A stretch of DNA of 64,000 bases from Selaginella moellendorffii (Eukaryota > Plantae > Lycopodiophyta), in the NCBI RefSeq assembly GCF_000143415.4, contig NW_003314262.1, positions 4,316,349 through 4,380,348 on the forward strand, in the 5' to 3' direction. The translations under genes and the position numbers were made by a program. Below, one piece after another: positions 37,285 to 51,290 of this stretch. The first letter of the stretch is position 1. Each line of letters opens with the position of its first letter. The notes under the pieces are model-generated. The model searched no databases and had not been told where the DNA came from. It saw only the letters and a program-made list of their open reading frames with translations.

Positions 37285-39948
37285 ATGCACTGCATTGCGC
37301 TGCCAGGGGCCTGTAGTCCAGTGTACCACTGCCGCCATGGTGCTAGGGTTTACTCTCTCGCCTCGCCGTCGCCATCGCGGGCCTCTTCGTCCGGCTACTC
37401 GCGCTCGCGCTTGAGATCTTCGCCCGGAAAGAGCGAGAGAAGCGATTTTCAGCGGTTCAAGAAAGATGGGACGCGGTATGGGGATAGGGATGAGTCTCGA
37501 CCGCGGATATTTGGATTCGGGAATAGGAGGAGGCTGTGGAATCGAGATCGTGGTGTGGAAGCCGACGATGACAGTGAGAAATATTTTGTTCCTCAGGATC
37601 AAGGAGACGAGGAAGACGAGTCTGAGGAGTCCTCATCGTCTGACAATTCTGATGGTAAGCTTCTTGCATTTCTAGATTAAAAGGAATTCAATCTCTCGTG
37701 GCAGAAGAGGAGAATGCCACATCTAGGCAGCAACCAGCCGTACTTGCTGAGCCCAAAACTCTGGCTAGAGACTTTCTCAAGAAGCTAAGAGCACGGCGTT
37801 TAGACGTGAAATCTAATAGCAAGGGGAGTTTGTCGCCCGTGAGTGATGAAGGTGCGCATTTCTTTTCTTTCGTCTTTCTTGTACTTTTTCTCATGCAAAT
37901 TTTACTGGATTGCAGAGAATGGATCGCGATATAGCGACATAAAACGCACGCTTAGAAGAAAAGAGAGCATCGACTACGAAGGTATTGTTGGATAAATTTC
38001 GTTTCTGTGAGCTGTAAAACAGTATTCATGCAGAAAATGAAACGAGCAATCGCTCTGAAAGAGAAGTGAGGGGTGATTCTACATTTTCTCGCCTTGGTAA
38101 AGGCTTGAACGATGAAAGTAAGATTTTTTTATTTATTTATTTTGTTTGTGAATATCTGAGACAATTTCTTGTAGTAAAGGAAACGGATTTTAAAAAGAAG
38201 CGCAGCTTTGGGAATGTTAAAACGGAGGAAGAAGTCCGTCCAAGGCGCTTGCCATCTAACAGTAAGGCTTACGATTCAGAGGACGAGTACTTTAGAAGAG
38301 ACAGAAGAGAACGTAAAGAAAAACTACGCGGGGACAATATGGGATCTAAACGAGACGAAGAAAAAAAGCGGGTCGATGCCTTCCTCAGCACGAAAAAGTT
38401 CCAGGCGCTTGGCGCTTCGCAAGAGATGATCGCCGCACTTTCTTCGCTAGAGATTGTTCGGCCATCAGAAATACAGGTACTCTTTATTATGCTTTTAGTT
38501 TCTTTATGGAGACACACTATACGTGAAGGCGTTATCGTATAAACAAGTCATGAGGGGCAACAGCTGCATTATTGCGGATCAAACTGGCTCTGGTAAAACT
38601 CTGGCCTACTTGGCTCCCTTAGTGCAGCGCCTGAGAGAGGACGAGGAGAAAGGAAACTTCTCAACAGCAAAAAATCCTCGCGTGCTAGTCCTTGCTCCAA
38701 CAAGCGAGCTTGCAATGCAGGTAAAGCTCTCATAATGCGAATTGATGACCTCACATATCTCTTGCGCTCTTCTTTTTTGTTTCCCAAATTTATAGGTGCT
38801 GAGTGTGTGCAGAGCCTTGTCAACAACGTGTCCTTTGAAGTCCATGGTGGCAACAGGTGGATTCAAGTGGAAAACACAGGTGGAGAATCTGGCTAGTGGG
38901 CCTGACATTGTTGTGGCAACGCCTGGGCGGTTTCTTCATCATTTGGAAGAAGAAACAATTCAGCTCGGTAAGCTGCAAAGGTGAGAACGAATCTCTTTAA
39001 AAAACAATGTGATCGATTTTTCTAAGCACGGGTGTTTGACTGTCTAGTGTTGTCCTCGATGAAGTCGACATACTATTCGAGGAGGAAGAGTTTGTAGAAG
39101 CGATGCAGCGGGTGAGAAAACTGGCATCGAAGGACGTCCAATACATTCACGTGACTGCTACGCTACCAACTGATGTTCACGATAAAATTTTTAACAAGCA
39201 CCCGGACTCTGTTCCTCTTCTAGGACCGAGCTTGCATCTCACTGCTCCTGGCCTCAACGAGGTTTGTTTTATCTTCTGATACTCCTTTTATCTGTCGAAG
39301 TTTGTTTCTTCTGTAGATCCTCGTCGATTGTAGTGGAGATGATGACAGCGAAAAGACTCCCGAAGCTGCCTTTGAGAACAAAAAGAAAGAGCTCTTGAAT
39401 CTACTGGGAGAGAAGCGTGTTCCGAAGACAATAATATTCTGCAACAAGGCGAGTACGAAAGCATTTTCTCCATTCGTAACAGAGGTTTCCTGTGCAGATT
39501 GAGACGTGCAGGAAGGTGGAAAACATACTAAACCGCTACGATCGATCGGGTACAAAGCTATCCGTGCTGCCTTACCATGCAGCACTGTCGCAAGAAGCTC
39601 GACTGCAAAGCCTGCAAGATTTCCTGAGCTCGCAAAAGCCCGAAGTATCAACATTCCTGGTGTGCACGGACAGGTAATCGGTTTCCTTCTTCTCAAGTAT
39701 TTTATACTTTCTCCTCGTACAGAGCCTCCAGAGGCCTGGACTCGGTTGGAGTGGAACGCGTCATCCTCTTCGACTACCCCCGAGATCCGAGCGAGTACAT
39801 CCGGCGCGTGGGGAGAACCGCCCGAGCAGGCGGTGCCGGCAAAGTCTTCGTGTTCGTGGTGGGGAAGCAAGTCAGCCTGGCCAGGAAAGTCATGGCTCGT
39901 AACGAGAAACGGCATCCCGTGCACGCAGTACCTGGAGCTTCCACGTAG
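37285..39948 (+). CDS. RH50: DEAD-box RNA helicase, RH50-like (plastid-type)
   Basis: ADQTGSGKTLAYL, PTSELA, VATPGR, DEVD, TAT, FLVCTDRASRG, DYPRDPSEYIRRVGRTAR. Confidence 0.85.
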
Positions 39949-40981
39949 AAAAGCCCAACTTCCGTGCCACTCAAGGCGAGAATCTAGAACGGGAAAAGCT
40001 ACACGACGAGACGAGTACTGTATACCACAACAAAACACCGAGGTAAGCCGCTCACGGAAGTTCTTCTCGTCCTCGTTCTTCGCGATCTAATCCATCGTCC
40101 TGTGCGCTACTCCAGGTGTTGGTGACCAAAGCGAGCGTCGTGTTTTGACGTGCTTTCTTGGCTTGCCTGGTGCTCGGCCTGTGCGACACTTGGATTGGAC
40201 GGGGAAGACTAATAATTCTTCTCGAATTCCCAGGAAGGAAAGCTTACAAGTGTGTGGAGCGAGCGATAGGGGGCGTCAGAGACGAACACGAGGACACCAT
40301 TTTAGTTTATCTCGTTAACGTAACGCAGGACGTGGGCCGTTGGATTGCGTTGATCGATACCGTTGGGAGGGCATATTCGCCTCTGCTGTGTTGGTATGAG
40401 AGCTTGCAAAAATTCGTGTGTGTCTGGAATTTTTCCACTTGATTTCTTAGGGCAGCCTAGGGCTGGGGGAGTTCTTTGCGTGGTGGGGGGGGAGCGATCC
40501 GGCGAGGGCAAGATTTTGCGGCACCTTGCCCCACTTGCTACTGTCGATCCAATCATTCCCGCGGCGCCTTCGTTCCCATCGCTCTCTCCTCTCCTCGCGG
40601 CCGCGCTTGCCCTATAGTTTTTACTGCTCTTGCGAAATCTAGCGCGGTCCCAATGCGGTCGTGCCGCCTCCCTATCCTACTGTAGCTGATCTGATCGCGA
40701 GGGAGTGCTAGTACTGGATTGAAATGACCTAGAGCGCGAGCGTGAGCCATTCGATCGCCAGGTGGGGACGCGGTGCGGGGTGCTAAGTGTAAATTTCCAG
40801 GAGTAGCGTGTTGGGTTTGTACAGTTTAGTCTGTCGCTTTGTGATAGAGACCGGGTTCCAGAAAGGAAGGAAAGGGGAGGAGAAAGAAAAAAATAGGAAA
40901 AGCCAGCGAGTAGAGGGCTCTTTCTCTTCTCTCTCGGCTCCTCGACCTAGAGTTCTTCGTGTTCTTCGTGGCCTGGGAGAT

Positions 40982-42607
40982 ATGGACAAGGAGAGATATG
41001 AGCTGGTGAGAGATTTGGGGTCTGGGAATTTCGGTGTCGCGAGGCTGATGCGGGATAAGCGAACTCGGGAGCTCGTTGCTGTCAAGTTCATCGAGCGCGG
41101 CGAGAGGGTATGGTGATTTTCTTCTGTGATTCTCTGTGTGTTTGTCATGGGCAAGAATGTGGCAAAGTTTGGTTTTTTTTCTTTGCTGGGTTTTTTCTTA
41201 CCTTCTCTCTTTTGTTTGTTTGCCCAGATTGACGAGAATGTGCAGCGAGAGATCATCAATCACCGCTCCTTGCGGCACCCAAACATTGTCCAATTCAAAG
41301 AGGCAAGTTTTGTGACTGCTATTCTGGGTTTGCTTACCATTTTTTTTTTTTGTTGGATCTGATGAACAGGTGATGCTCACACCGACTCACTTGGCCATTA
41401 TCATGGAGTATGCCGCCGGTGGCGAGCTTTTCGAGCGGATTTGCAATGCTGGGAGGTTCACGGAGGACGAGGTGAGCCTCATCTTGTTCACAGGACAAAA
41501 ATTCCTGACGACATGGTTCCTCGGTGTCGCTCTGTGCAGGCTAGATACTTCTTCCAACAGCTCATCTCCGGTGTCAGCTATTGCCACGCTAGTGTGAGTA
41601 TTTTTCTTTTTCCTTTACTTTTCGTTTTGTTTTTTCCACTTGTCGCTGGGAAAGCATGGGTTTACTGACCAACTTTCCTATTGCTCAGGAAATATGTCAC
41701 CGCGACTTAAAGCTGGAGAACACGTTGCTTGATGGGAGCCCTGCTCCGAGGCTGAAGATTTGTGATTTCGGGTATTCGAAGGTAAGCCTGCTGTTTTTTA
41801 GCGTGAGTGGCAGGTCACTCGTTTTCACTCGCTTTATAAGTATGGGCCTTCTTACGTTTTCCCTGTGAACTTTTACCTTGCAGTCCGCTTTACTCCACTC
41901 GCAGCCCAAATCCACTGTTGGCACGCCAGCTTACATTGCTCCAGAGGTCCTTTCGAGAAAAGAATACGATGGAAAGGTATGTTCAAATCTGGTGGTGGCC
42001 GTGTTTGATTGGCATTGACTTAATTAATCCGCTAAGCAGCTTTCGGACGTATGGTCGTGCGGTGTGACGCTATATGTCATGCTCGTCGGCTCTTATCCCT
42101 TCGAAGATTCAGCAGACCCCAGAAATTTCAGGAAAACTATTCAAGTAAGAGTAACTCTCCAAACGGCTGTCACTTGTTCTGATATGCACTCTCTTTGTGA
42201 TGCCCACAGCGAATCCTTAACGTTCAGTACACTATTCCAGATTATGTCCGGGTATCTCAAGAGTGCCGGCACCTGTTGTCCAGGATTTTTGTTGCAACAC
42301 CCGCGAAGGTATGTCATTGTTCTTGGCCATTGTCATTCATTTCTGTTATGGGTTGCAGCGGATCACGATTTCAGAGATAAAGAAGCATCCTTGGTTCTTG
42401 AAGAACTTGCCGGTGGAGCTGCTACAGGAGGCAGACCCGACTCGTCCGATCGACGAGTCGTCCTACTCGCAGAGCGTGGAAGATATAATGAGGATCATCC
42501 AAGAAGCCAGGACTCGAGGAGCTGCGCAGTCGCTGGACGCGTACGACATGGAGATGGACAACGAGTTGGATTTGGATGTAGACGGAAGTGGTGGTGATTT
42601 CCTGTGA
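40982..42607 (+). CDS. SnRK2: SnRK2 (SAPK/OST1-family) serine/threonine kinase, 9 exons
   Basis: [75 protein letters not shown], acidic C-tail [12 protein letters not shown]. Confidence 0.95.
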
Positions 42608-42850
42608 TTTGTCAGGCTAAAACTGGCTCCTAATAATTACAATGTCGGTTGTATATAATTCTGTTTAAAAGAAAATTCTTAAACTTTCAAATGCTATTAA
42701 TTATAAATAATTCATCCGTATATTGGCATATTTTATCATCTGATATTCAATTGGATTAATATTGAAGTATATTTTTTAAACAATATATCAATCTGCCACT
42801 CACTTAAAAAACAAGGAGCTAGGAATGCTCAATAATAACGTGGTATTGTT

Positions 42851-42950
42851 NNNNNNNNNNNNNNNNNNNNNNNNNNNNNNNNNNNNNNNNNNNNNNNNNN
42901 NNNNNNNNNNNNNNNNNNNNNNNNNNNNNNNNNNNNNNNNNNNNNNNNNN
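42851..42950. other. Assembly gap (100 N)
   Basis: Run of n. Confidence 1.
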
Positions 42951-43830
42951 TGCTTAAGAGGGAGTGCCATTGAAACTGCTTATCCTGCCACCGTGCAATG
43001 TAAGGATGTGGGATGTACACTCTCAACATATAGTTCCTGGCCGGTAGGGGAGTGAGCCTCTTGTGGTTGTGGAGTCCATCACGTAGACATGCCATGAAAC
43101 CTTAGCAGTCGATAACAACACCAAACACAATGCCAAGACCTTTGGACCACACATCTTGCATTTGCTGAAGTAACAGTCACGATAGTGCCACTCAGACTCT
43201 TCGGATGAGATCCAGCACTTCCAGTCCTCGCTAAAAAGAACCAGGCATATTGAATTTGACAAGGGATTACTGAAACCTCTTGCGGGTTGATAGCTGTCCC
43301 AGATTGCTGGAATTGGATTCCAATGTCTGTCATCTCCAACTCTCGGAATCCTGCACTTACCTTGAGCATAGTGTTGTTAAGCAAATCCGCCTTCCACTTA
43401 TCACATATGGGCCATGATGAGATTGTTCCAGTCATGGCTGACGATCACGAAGAACTTGTCATCGGCTTGGAAACTCGAGGTCGTGGACCTTAAGAACCTC
43501 TGTGGTGCATTTCGTTGTCGTTCACCACCACGAACGGGGCCATTCTGATCTTGAGGTAGCATTTTTGGAGCAATCAGGAGCCACTCCACCACCACTTTGC
43601 AAAAATCAGCAAGAAGTATGGGGAGGACCTGCGTTGGGGGGATTGAATTCTCCAGATGAGGAGTAATAGTGTGATCCAGCCAATGCCAAAGACGAGCAAG
43701 GCCGCACATAAGTGCACCGATTCGTTGGTCTGGATCTACAGACCCTTGCCATATTATAGTCACGTTCGAATGAAGACAAGAGCATCGTGCTGTGATACTC
43801 TTGCTCGTGATTCCATTTAGAAAAGCATAG
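42951..43830 (-). pseudogene. Unknown gene relic, inverted copy of 48770-49605
   Basis: Shared peptides TIIWQG..LMCGLARLWHWLDHTIT, FQADDKFF, LLNNTMLKVSAGFRELEMTD, ACLRDGLHNHKRL; frameshifted. Confidence 0.7.
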
Positions 43831-44299
43831 CCGGAATTAGTTGTGGAAACCATTTTGAGCTTGAGCCTGAGCTTACCTCTTTTGTAACTAGAAAAGACCC
43901 CCGACTTGAACTCCTCGGCCTGCCATAGGCTTGCACAGCGTCCTGGAGCATGTCCTCGTCGGGTAGCGAGCACGCAAAGACGAAGATAGCCATGAGAATT
44001 ACCAGCATTGTTGCCATGGGATGAAGACATATGATCTTAGACACTGTCGGGGAAAGAGGTCTGGATATTTTCCATGGCCAGTGGTTGAAGCTGAATTATC
44101 CACTCTATATGGCTGGGCATTAATGAAGGTATTGAAATTTTCAACAAGTCCCCAATCCCTATATCCACCTCTCAATAGATGTGTATATAGACATGTTCTA
44201 TAAAGATGACAAGGTTGTGGCACCACCACCACCTTTGCTGTCACCAAGTCGAAAGGTAAATCTAAAATTTTGTTTGCACCTCTTATAATCCTTCATTCA

Positions 44300-47020
44300 G
44301 TACCTCTCATTACAATTTAAAGCTTATCCGTTTTCATTCATGGTCAATGTAATCACACACTTTGGCAACAAAAGCTTTGTGGCACTATAAATCTCAATCG
44401 ATAATATACTTTGAGTGATTATTAAAAATATAAATTGGTTAATAAGAATTAACAACAATATTATTATGAAAAATTCCAATTTTATGCATTTATGGGTTAG
44501 GTGAAACAAAGCTCTTTGTCTCTCTTTCTAAGACATTTAATTGTACAGCTATGATGCTATATACTATTTTATTAGATTTTGATACCATTTGCTCCTAACC
44601 TAAGGTTTTTAGGTTAATTGAATCTGTATTCCATTCCTACATTGATAAAGATGAAGAGCAACTTTGATTGTTTTTGGATGTGTGTTTTTCCTTTAAATCT
44701 ACTTTTTGCATTGTCTAGATTATTTTATAACTTTTCATTTCTTCTCTTTTGCTTCATTTTTTTTTTTTTATTCATCTTCATAGTAAAATAGTATATTCCT
44801 CCTCTAACTCTAGAGCAACAATTGGTGCAATTGTTTGATGTTATTTACTATAGTTGACCAATTAAATTTAATTTGATGGCAATGTTTATAGTGCATGGTG
44901 CAACTCCTCTTGCTCTTGCTAGCAATCCTTGTGTTTGACCGGATTTCGTTTATAAGAATCCTAGGGATGATGTATACTATACTATTGACTCAATCAATTT
45001 ACAATGATTGCCATCTATTATTCTTGGAATGATGTTCTACATCTATATAAGTTTCCCAAATGTATCCAAGGGATGGCATTATAGTGATATAATGGTTTAA
45101 GTGTTATCATTTATATGGATTAAAGCCTTTTTTTAGACATCAAGTGCACATTTAGATGTACTGATGATCCCTTACTCTTATTCATATGCTATATGAGTTA
45201 ATTATACAATTTAGTGTTTATTTCCGAAGTCTCTTCCTTTATGCAGAGCTAAATAGAATGGATCAAGTTGAATATATTATAGCTAACACTTTATCAAAAT
45301 TTTATAAAACTTGTGTATACATTTACCATAGTCACCTTTCATGACACTCTTTGACTAGCACAATGTTATAAAAGATCACATATCCCACTTATAGCTGCAT
45401 ATATTTTAGCTCTATTTATCGTGAAAGATGCTTTTATTTTGTACACTATTACTACTAAGGATGAGGGTTCACTGTTGGGCATATAATGAGGAGCCACACA
45501 TATTAGTGTTGTTAGCATTTCCCAAATTAGTATTCTCTATTTTCTAGTTGGAGGCCTTGGCATGAACAATGTTTTATTAGTGCTATTGAAGTGGAAGGTC
45601 TTAACATTAAGATCTTTTTGGAAAATGAAGAATCACACAAATAATGGAAGGATTTTGCATAAATAAATTAATGATCTCTTCATTCTTCTTTTGACCATCA
45701 AAGGGTTTATTTAGCATTAGCTCATCTAATATTCACTTTTTAAGCTCAACTATACAATAAAAAATTATTATTATCCTCTTTATATTTTATATTGGTTGAT
45801 ATGGATTCAAGTTTATCTTTTATTACTTAATATGTTGTCATACATTGACATTTACATTTGCATCTTGCAGCAGAACCAATTTGTAAGCAACCAAATTTTT
45901 GCCTTTAACCACTGGAGGAGATCTACATCCCAACTTAGGGAACTTACTAACCTTAGAGATAATCTAAAAGTTATATTGACTTCACATTTAATCCAAGTGT
46001 TTTATGTGTCCAATCCCACATTAAACATCCACCACCAAAGTACTAACATTTTTTGGATAATTAGGTTAAGTGTCCTTGAATTAAATTTGAGTGACTTTTT
46101 AGAAAGTTTAAATTCAAGCATAGACTTGTAAAAGAGTGCACTTTTATTTTTCCCTTTATATTTAAACCTTTATGAATCTCTTTTAAATTGTTCTTTTTGG
46201 TTATTTATAATCCTACCACACTTCCTTATAAGTTCATGCTTTTGTGAATGGAAGCTAAAAACCAAAACTCTCTTGAAAGCCTTACTTTCTTGATACCCTA
46301 CCTCGTAGGTTGAGCCTAGTCAAATCAAAATGGACTACTAAATATCAATCTTAACATATGATATAATTCTTTAGCTAACTAATAGAGTTGGAGTTGAGAT
46401 CTCTTCCAATCCTAGCCTTTATCTCAAACTTGACTTCGAACTCTATCTCAAATCTATCTTAGCCTCAATTTTAGACTTGATCACGAATTCGGTCTTGGAT
46501 TCAATCTCGGACTCAATCCCGACATTTTTACGTGTCAGAACACTTGCCATATATTGGTCCTTGTTATATCCTTTTTTAAAGACTCATTTATTAATCACTT
46601 CATACTTGTTCCTCAAGCATTTTCTTAGGAGTTCCATTCTTATTCTTGTCTTTTTAAGTCACAACTTTTGGTCTATGTTCGTTAAATTTCTACTTCAACT
46701 ATTGTCATGTGGCACACTTTCAACTCCACTTGAAAATTTAAGGATTTATATATTACAACTCCACCACTCATAAACAAAATTCACCCTTAGTTCATCCTTA
46801 ATAAATTTCAATACTATTGGAAACCCACTCTCACAAAAGCTTTCTAAATCTATCAAAGAGACTCAATTTGAGAAAGAAAGTTGTAAACTTGTAAAATTAT
46901 TGTTACTAGTTTCACCCTTCAACTCTCTACATACAAGTTCCTCACATTTTTGCACTTCCCTATCATTTGATCAATCATTTACAATAATACCTACATGCTT
47001 GTACTTCAAAATGTTGGTCT
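44300..47020. mobile_element. AT-rich, ORF-poor, probably decayed transposon sequence
   Basis: Composition shift only; no recognisable domain. Confidence 0.3.
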
Positions 47021-47395
47021 TCTTGACTAGGTGGCATTGTTGTGCCTCTATTGCTGCTGGAGAAGCCATGGAGGGGTGATTGCTGGAGGATACTGGACCT
47101 GGAGGCTAGAAGGACATGACATGGAGGGATCCACATGCCATGTGTACTCCATCATCCAATGTATCCTGGTCAGTGTTGATGTGGCATCTAGGTGGCTGCC
47201 ACTCATTTGCAATGTTGCGCAACATTGAAAAAGGCACACACCAAGTGTGTGATTTCTTACGTGGAGCAGATCATAATGAATGGTAGTCTCAAATCTTGGC
47301 TGAAAAACAAACATTCAATACATGCTGGAATTTCCCACAATGCTCTAGGAATCTCTATGCATTCTTGTTAAATTAGAGACGCTGATGTTACTAGT

Positions 47396-48483
47396 ATGGA
47401 GGCTATTGTTTCATTGAGCAAGATCCATGCAGTAGAGCATTTGCTGAGCCTGAAGAGCTACTCTCCCCCTTAAATCCTCCTTGCCCATCCCGTCAAGTGT
47501 CACCCCGACTACACCTCGATCTGCAAGGAATCGGACGAATGGATCTTCAGCTACCTGGGCGTCACAAGCCCGGAACACAAGAAGCGCCTAGCGCAGTGGA
47601 GGATCCCAACCTTCGCCGCCTTCCTGACGCCCCCCAGCAGCCCCAAGAGGCTCACGCTTTTGGGCGGCAAATTTACTGCGCTGGATGATCAGCTGGACGA
47701 GAGCAAGATCTCCCAAGCTGGGCGGAGCTCCCAGTGCAGGGACGCCATCTTGAGCATTTTCTCCGGCAGAAGCGATTACCCGGCCATACTCCCGGCGGAG
47801 GTTCCTCTTCTCCTGCGAGGAGCTCATACCGGAAATCCGCTCCTTCATGCTTCCGCCCACTCTCAATTCGCTTCCTTGCTTACACCAAGCAGTGGTCGCA
47901 GACTTTCGATGCTGGCTATGAGAGCACACAAGTGTTCAAGGAGCTATGGATCACCCCATACTTCCCGATGATCGAGATGTTCCTGGGATTGGGTCTTGGG
48001 GACGATGTGGCCGGGTCCAAGGATTTCCTCGCCGCTCAGGACGCAATATCGGACCATGCCTGGATGGTGAACGACCTCTTCTCTTTCGCCAAAGAGTTCC
48101 GGGACGAGAAAAAGCTCAGTAACATTCTGTCCGTGAGCTTGCTCATGGATTCGTGCGTGCGCACCATCCAGGACGCCATTGATCTTGTGTGTGCCGAGTT
48201 GCAAGCAAATGAGGAGGAGTTTCTCTACCACCACGGGATCCTTGTCAAGCGAGCCCAGGCAGGGAACAACCAAGATCTCCTAAGGTACCTAGAGGCAATC
48301 CTTACCGTGATCCCAGGTAAATTTCCATCTCCATCAATCCATCACTCTTCTCATTCTCTTAGGTATTGCACTTTTCACTACATAACGGCGCGTTACCACG
48401 GATACAATAATCTTTGTGTAAATGGAGAAGCATGGCATGGTACAACCAAATACTCTCGGGCCACCACCAAAGCTGACATATAA
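47396..48483 (+). pseudogene. Microbial terpene synthase-like (MTPSL) pseudogene
   Basis: DDQLD (DDxxD), NDLFSFAKE (NSE/DTE) and TARYHGY motifs; early TAA at ~47471 and frameshifts at ~47820-47880. Confidence 0.88.
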
Positions 48484-48632
48484 AATGAATTGTATGCGTT
48501 TTCGTAAAAAACAAAAATAAGTCGAGTATTCTTAAGGATCGTATTTAGGACTCGGGTCTCTGGCACAGAAAGCTGTGCAGACTCGAGAAAATGGGTGTTT
48601 TGAGCATTGGAACTCTTATATATTGCAGTCCT

Positions 48633-49609
48633 CATGCAGCACACACAAGAAATCTCTGGAAAACCTAGAAAAGGGTCCACAGATCCATGCTCAAGCCATA
48701 TATGGCGTGGATCTCGTCCAGCCACAAGTCTCATCAGTCACTTTATTTTTCCCATGCAAACTGACGTGATATGCTTTTCCAGATGGAATCACGAGCAAGA
48801 GTATCACACCACGGCTTAGAACGTGACTATAATATGGCAAGGCCCTGTACACCCAAACCAACGAATCGATGGACTTATGTGCGGCCTTGCTCGTCTTTGG
48901 CATTGGCTGGATCACACTATTACTTCTCGTCTGGAGAATTCAATCCCCCCAATGGCAGGACCTCCGCATACATCTTGCTGCTTTTTGCAAAGTGGTGGTG
49001 GAGTGGCTCCTTGAGGGAGAAGATTGCTCCAAAATGCCACCTCAAGATCAGAATGGCCCCTTTGTGGTGCCGAACGACAACGAAATGCACCATAGAGGTT
49101 CTTAAGGCCCATGACCTCGAGTTTCCAAGCCGACGACAAGTTCTTCGGGATCATCAGCCGGAACAATCTCATTATTGCCCTTGCTTAACAACACTATGCT
49201 CAAGGTAAGTGCAGGATTCCGAGAGTTGGAGATGACAGACAGTGGAATCCAATTCCAGCAATCTGGGACAGCTATCAACCTGCAAGAGGGCTGGAACGCG
49301 ATGATCGCGAGCTGGTCGCATTGTCCGGTCTTTCGAGATCTTTCAAGCAAATGCAAGGTATGTGGTCCAAAGCTCTTATCGATTTCGCCTCCCGTTAAAC
49401 ACCATCCTGTTTCACTCTCTCTCCACCTAGCTGGCAATGATGTGATCATGGCATGTCTACGTGATGGACTCCACAACCACAAGAGGCTCACACCACTACT
49501 GGCCAGGAATTGTATGTTGAGAGTGTGCATCCCACATCCTTACATTGCACGGTGGCAGGACAAGCAGTTTCAATGGCTCAAGACCAACTTCCCTCTTAAG
49601 CATATTTGA
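48633..49609 (+). pseudogene. Unknown gene relic (inverted partner of 42951-43830)
   Basis: Multi-frame fragments matching the left copy. Confidence 0.65.
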
Positions 49610-49639
49610 CTATGCTGAAAATTACACTTTTCAAGAAAA

Positions 49640-51290
49640 TGGTGTAAGCTGCAGTGCACAATCTTTGTAGTGATCATGTTCATCGCAGCAGTTGCAGTCG
49701 ACTTTTGTATTTCATCGCCTTTGCCATGTCGATGATGCCCTAGATCTGGTCACTGTACTTCATCCACATGAGCATGCCCCACTGATTTGAGAGATTCTTG
49801 GATCCAAATTGTACAACACAGCTAAACAAAGTGTCTCCCTTTGAACTTGGCTCTGCCTAGAGCACCTTTTGCTATGTCTGGAAGCTGTGCATAACCTCGA
49901 CACTAGTCTTTGAGTTCAAGAAATTGAAGCAAAACTTGTTCTTAAACTGACTAGTAGGGCCATCACTTCATCAATGTTGGTAGAATTCCCCTCCCCTTCA
50001 TCCATGCAATGCCCCATGAAGTGAGTGTTGTGCTTCTTATCATCACTAACAAAGAAGTGTGTCTCTTTAAGTATCTTTGCACTACTTCATGAGCCTCCAG
50101 CTGGTCAGCAAAAACAAATTCCAAGTACAAGATCAATGTTGTTGGTCTGCAAAGCTTCAGAACATTAGATGCTGACACTTCAGCAGCTTCTATGATGCCT
50201 GTCTTGAGAAGGTGCTGGGAATGCCGATCATGTTGGTATATGGAAGACCAAGCAAACTGTGAGTGACTTGATCTGAACGCACGCCATGAATTTGGTATAG
50301 CAGGTGATATTAGTTTTCCACCTTTGGGCTCATTCGTTCAGCCCTGAGACACTTTTGTCGTTCTATCAGGGCCAGAGGATGAGGGGGATAGTTGCTGGAT
50401 TCTTACAAAGGTTCTTCAAGCTTTATATTACGAGAGTGCCTTGTTTATGGATCAACACTATGTGTTACTCATGGAAGTGGATCCATGCTCCATTGCAACA
50501 GATTTGGTTTGTGTGCCATTGATAATTATCTGAAGTCATGGATCATGACAGATGGGTCTTTTTCTCCATTGATCACAATTAGCATATTGAGATATTATAG
50601 GCAACAGCTCAGTCCCAAGGTGACGTAGTTCACTCCAGAAGTTCAAAACTCTAGCACTAGCAAAGAGTTTATCATTGAAAACTCCAAATGATAAGCTCAT
50701 CTGTAAACCGTCGTCTAAGCTCTCTCATGATTTTGTCATGAACTAGATCTTCTAGCCTTACACAAGACTTAAGTTATTAGTGCAATATATTATAAAACTC
50801 TACTACTTTTCATCAGTTTTCCCTGCTTGCTGCAAGATTGGTAGGATTGGCAAGGCTTCAAGCTAGCTCAAGAATGATTTCATCTGAAGTATTTGAGGGC
50901 GATGCTAGAATGCTAGAGGCTGCATTAGAAGGTACTTGTTGAGCACATTCTTCCTATGAAAAGAAAACCCAGCTAAATTGATTTACAAACTCTTGAATAA
51001 ATTATAAGTCTGAAGTGATTTTTACATAACTCCCTAGTGGATGTGTTTGTCGGAAGGCCATGGATCTTTTTGTCCTTTCCATTTGGTTGAGCCTGACATA
51101 AGCCTTCATCCTTGGATCCTAACCCTTTCAACCTTTGTACTCTTCGAGACATTGCAACCATTACTGCCAACTCAGTCCTTGGTAATTCCTCCTTCATCTA
51201 ATGGCTGTCCAATTTCTTGTGGCTGGTGTGTGGGCTTGCGCTGCTTGAGCTGCCCGAGTAGGTGTTACTGAGATTTTGCTTCCACGCAGC
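49640..51290 (-). mobile_element. Degenerate transposase-like relic (possibly MULE)
   Basis: Stop-riddled coding-like stretch ending in a zinc-knuckle-like CNCCDEHDHYKDC at ~49660-49700. Confidence 0.3.

Noticed and set aside
39220-40090. Long ORFs 39220-40038 (-) and 39506-40090 (+)
   Set aside because: Antisense or off-frame shadows of GC-rich RH50 exons
40100-40980. Several short ORFs upstream of SnRK2
   Set aside because: No recognisable motifs; most likely promoter or 5' UTR, and uORF function cannot be supported
43830-44270. Coding-like fragments next to the left inverted copy
   Set aside because: No assignable motif or consistent splice model
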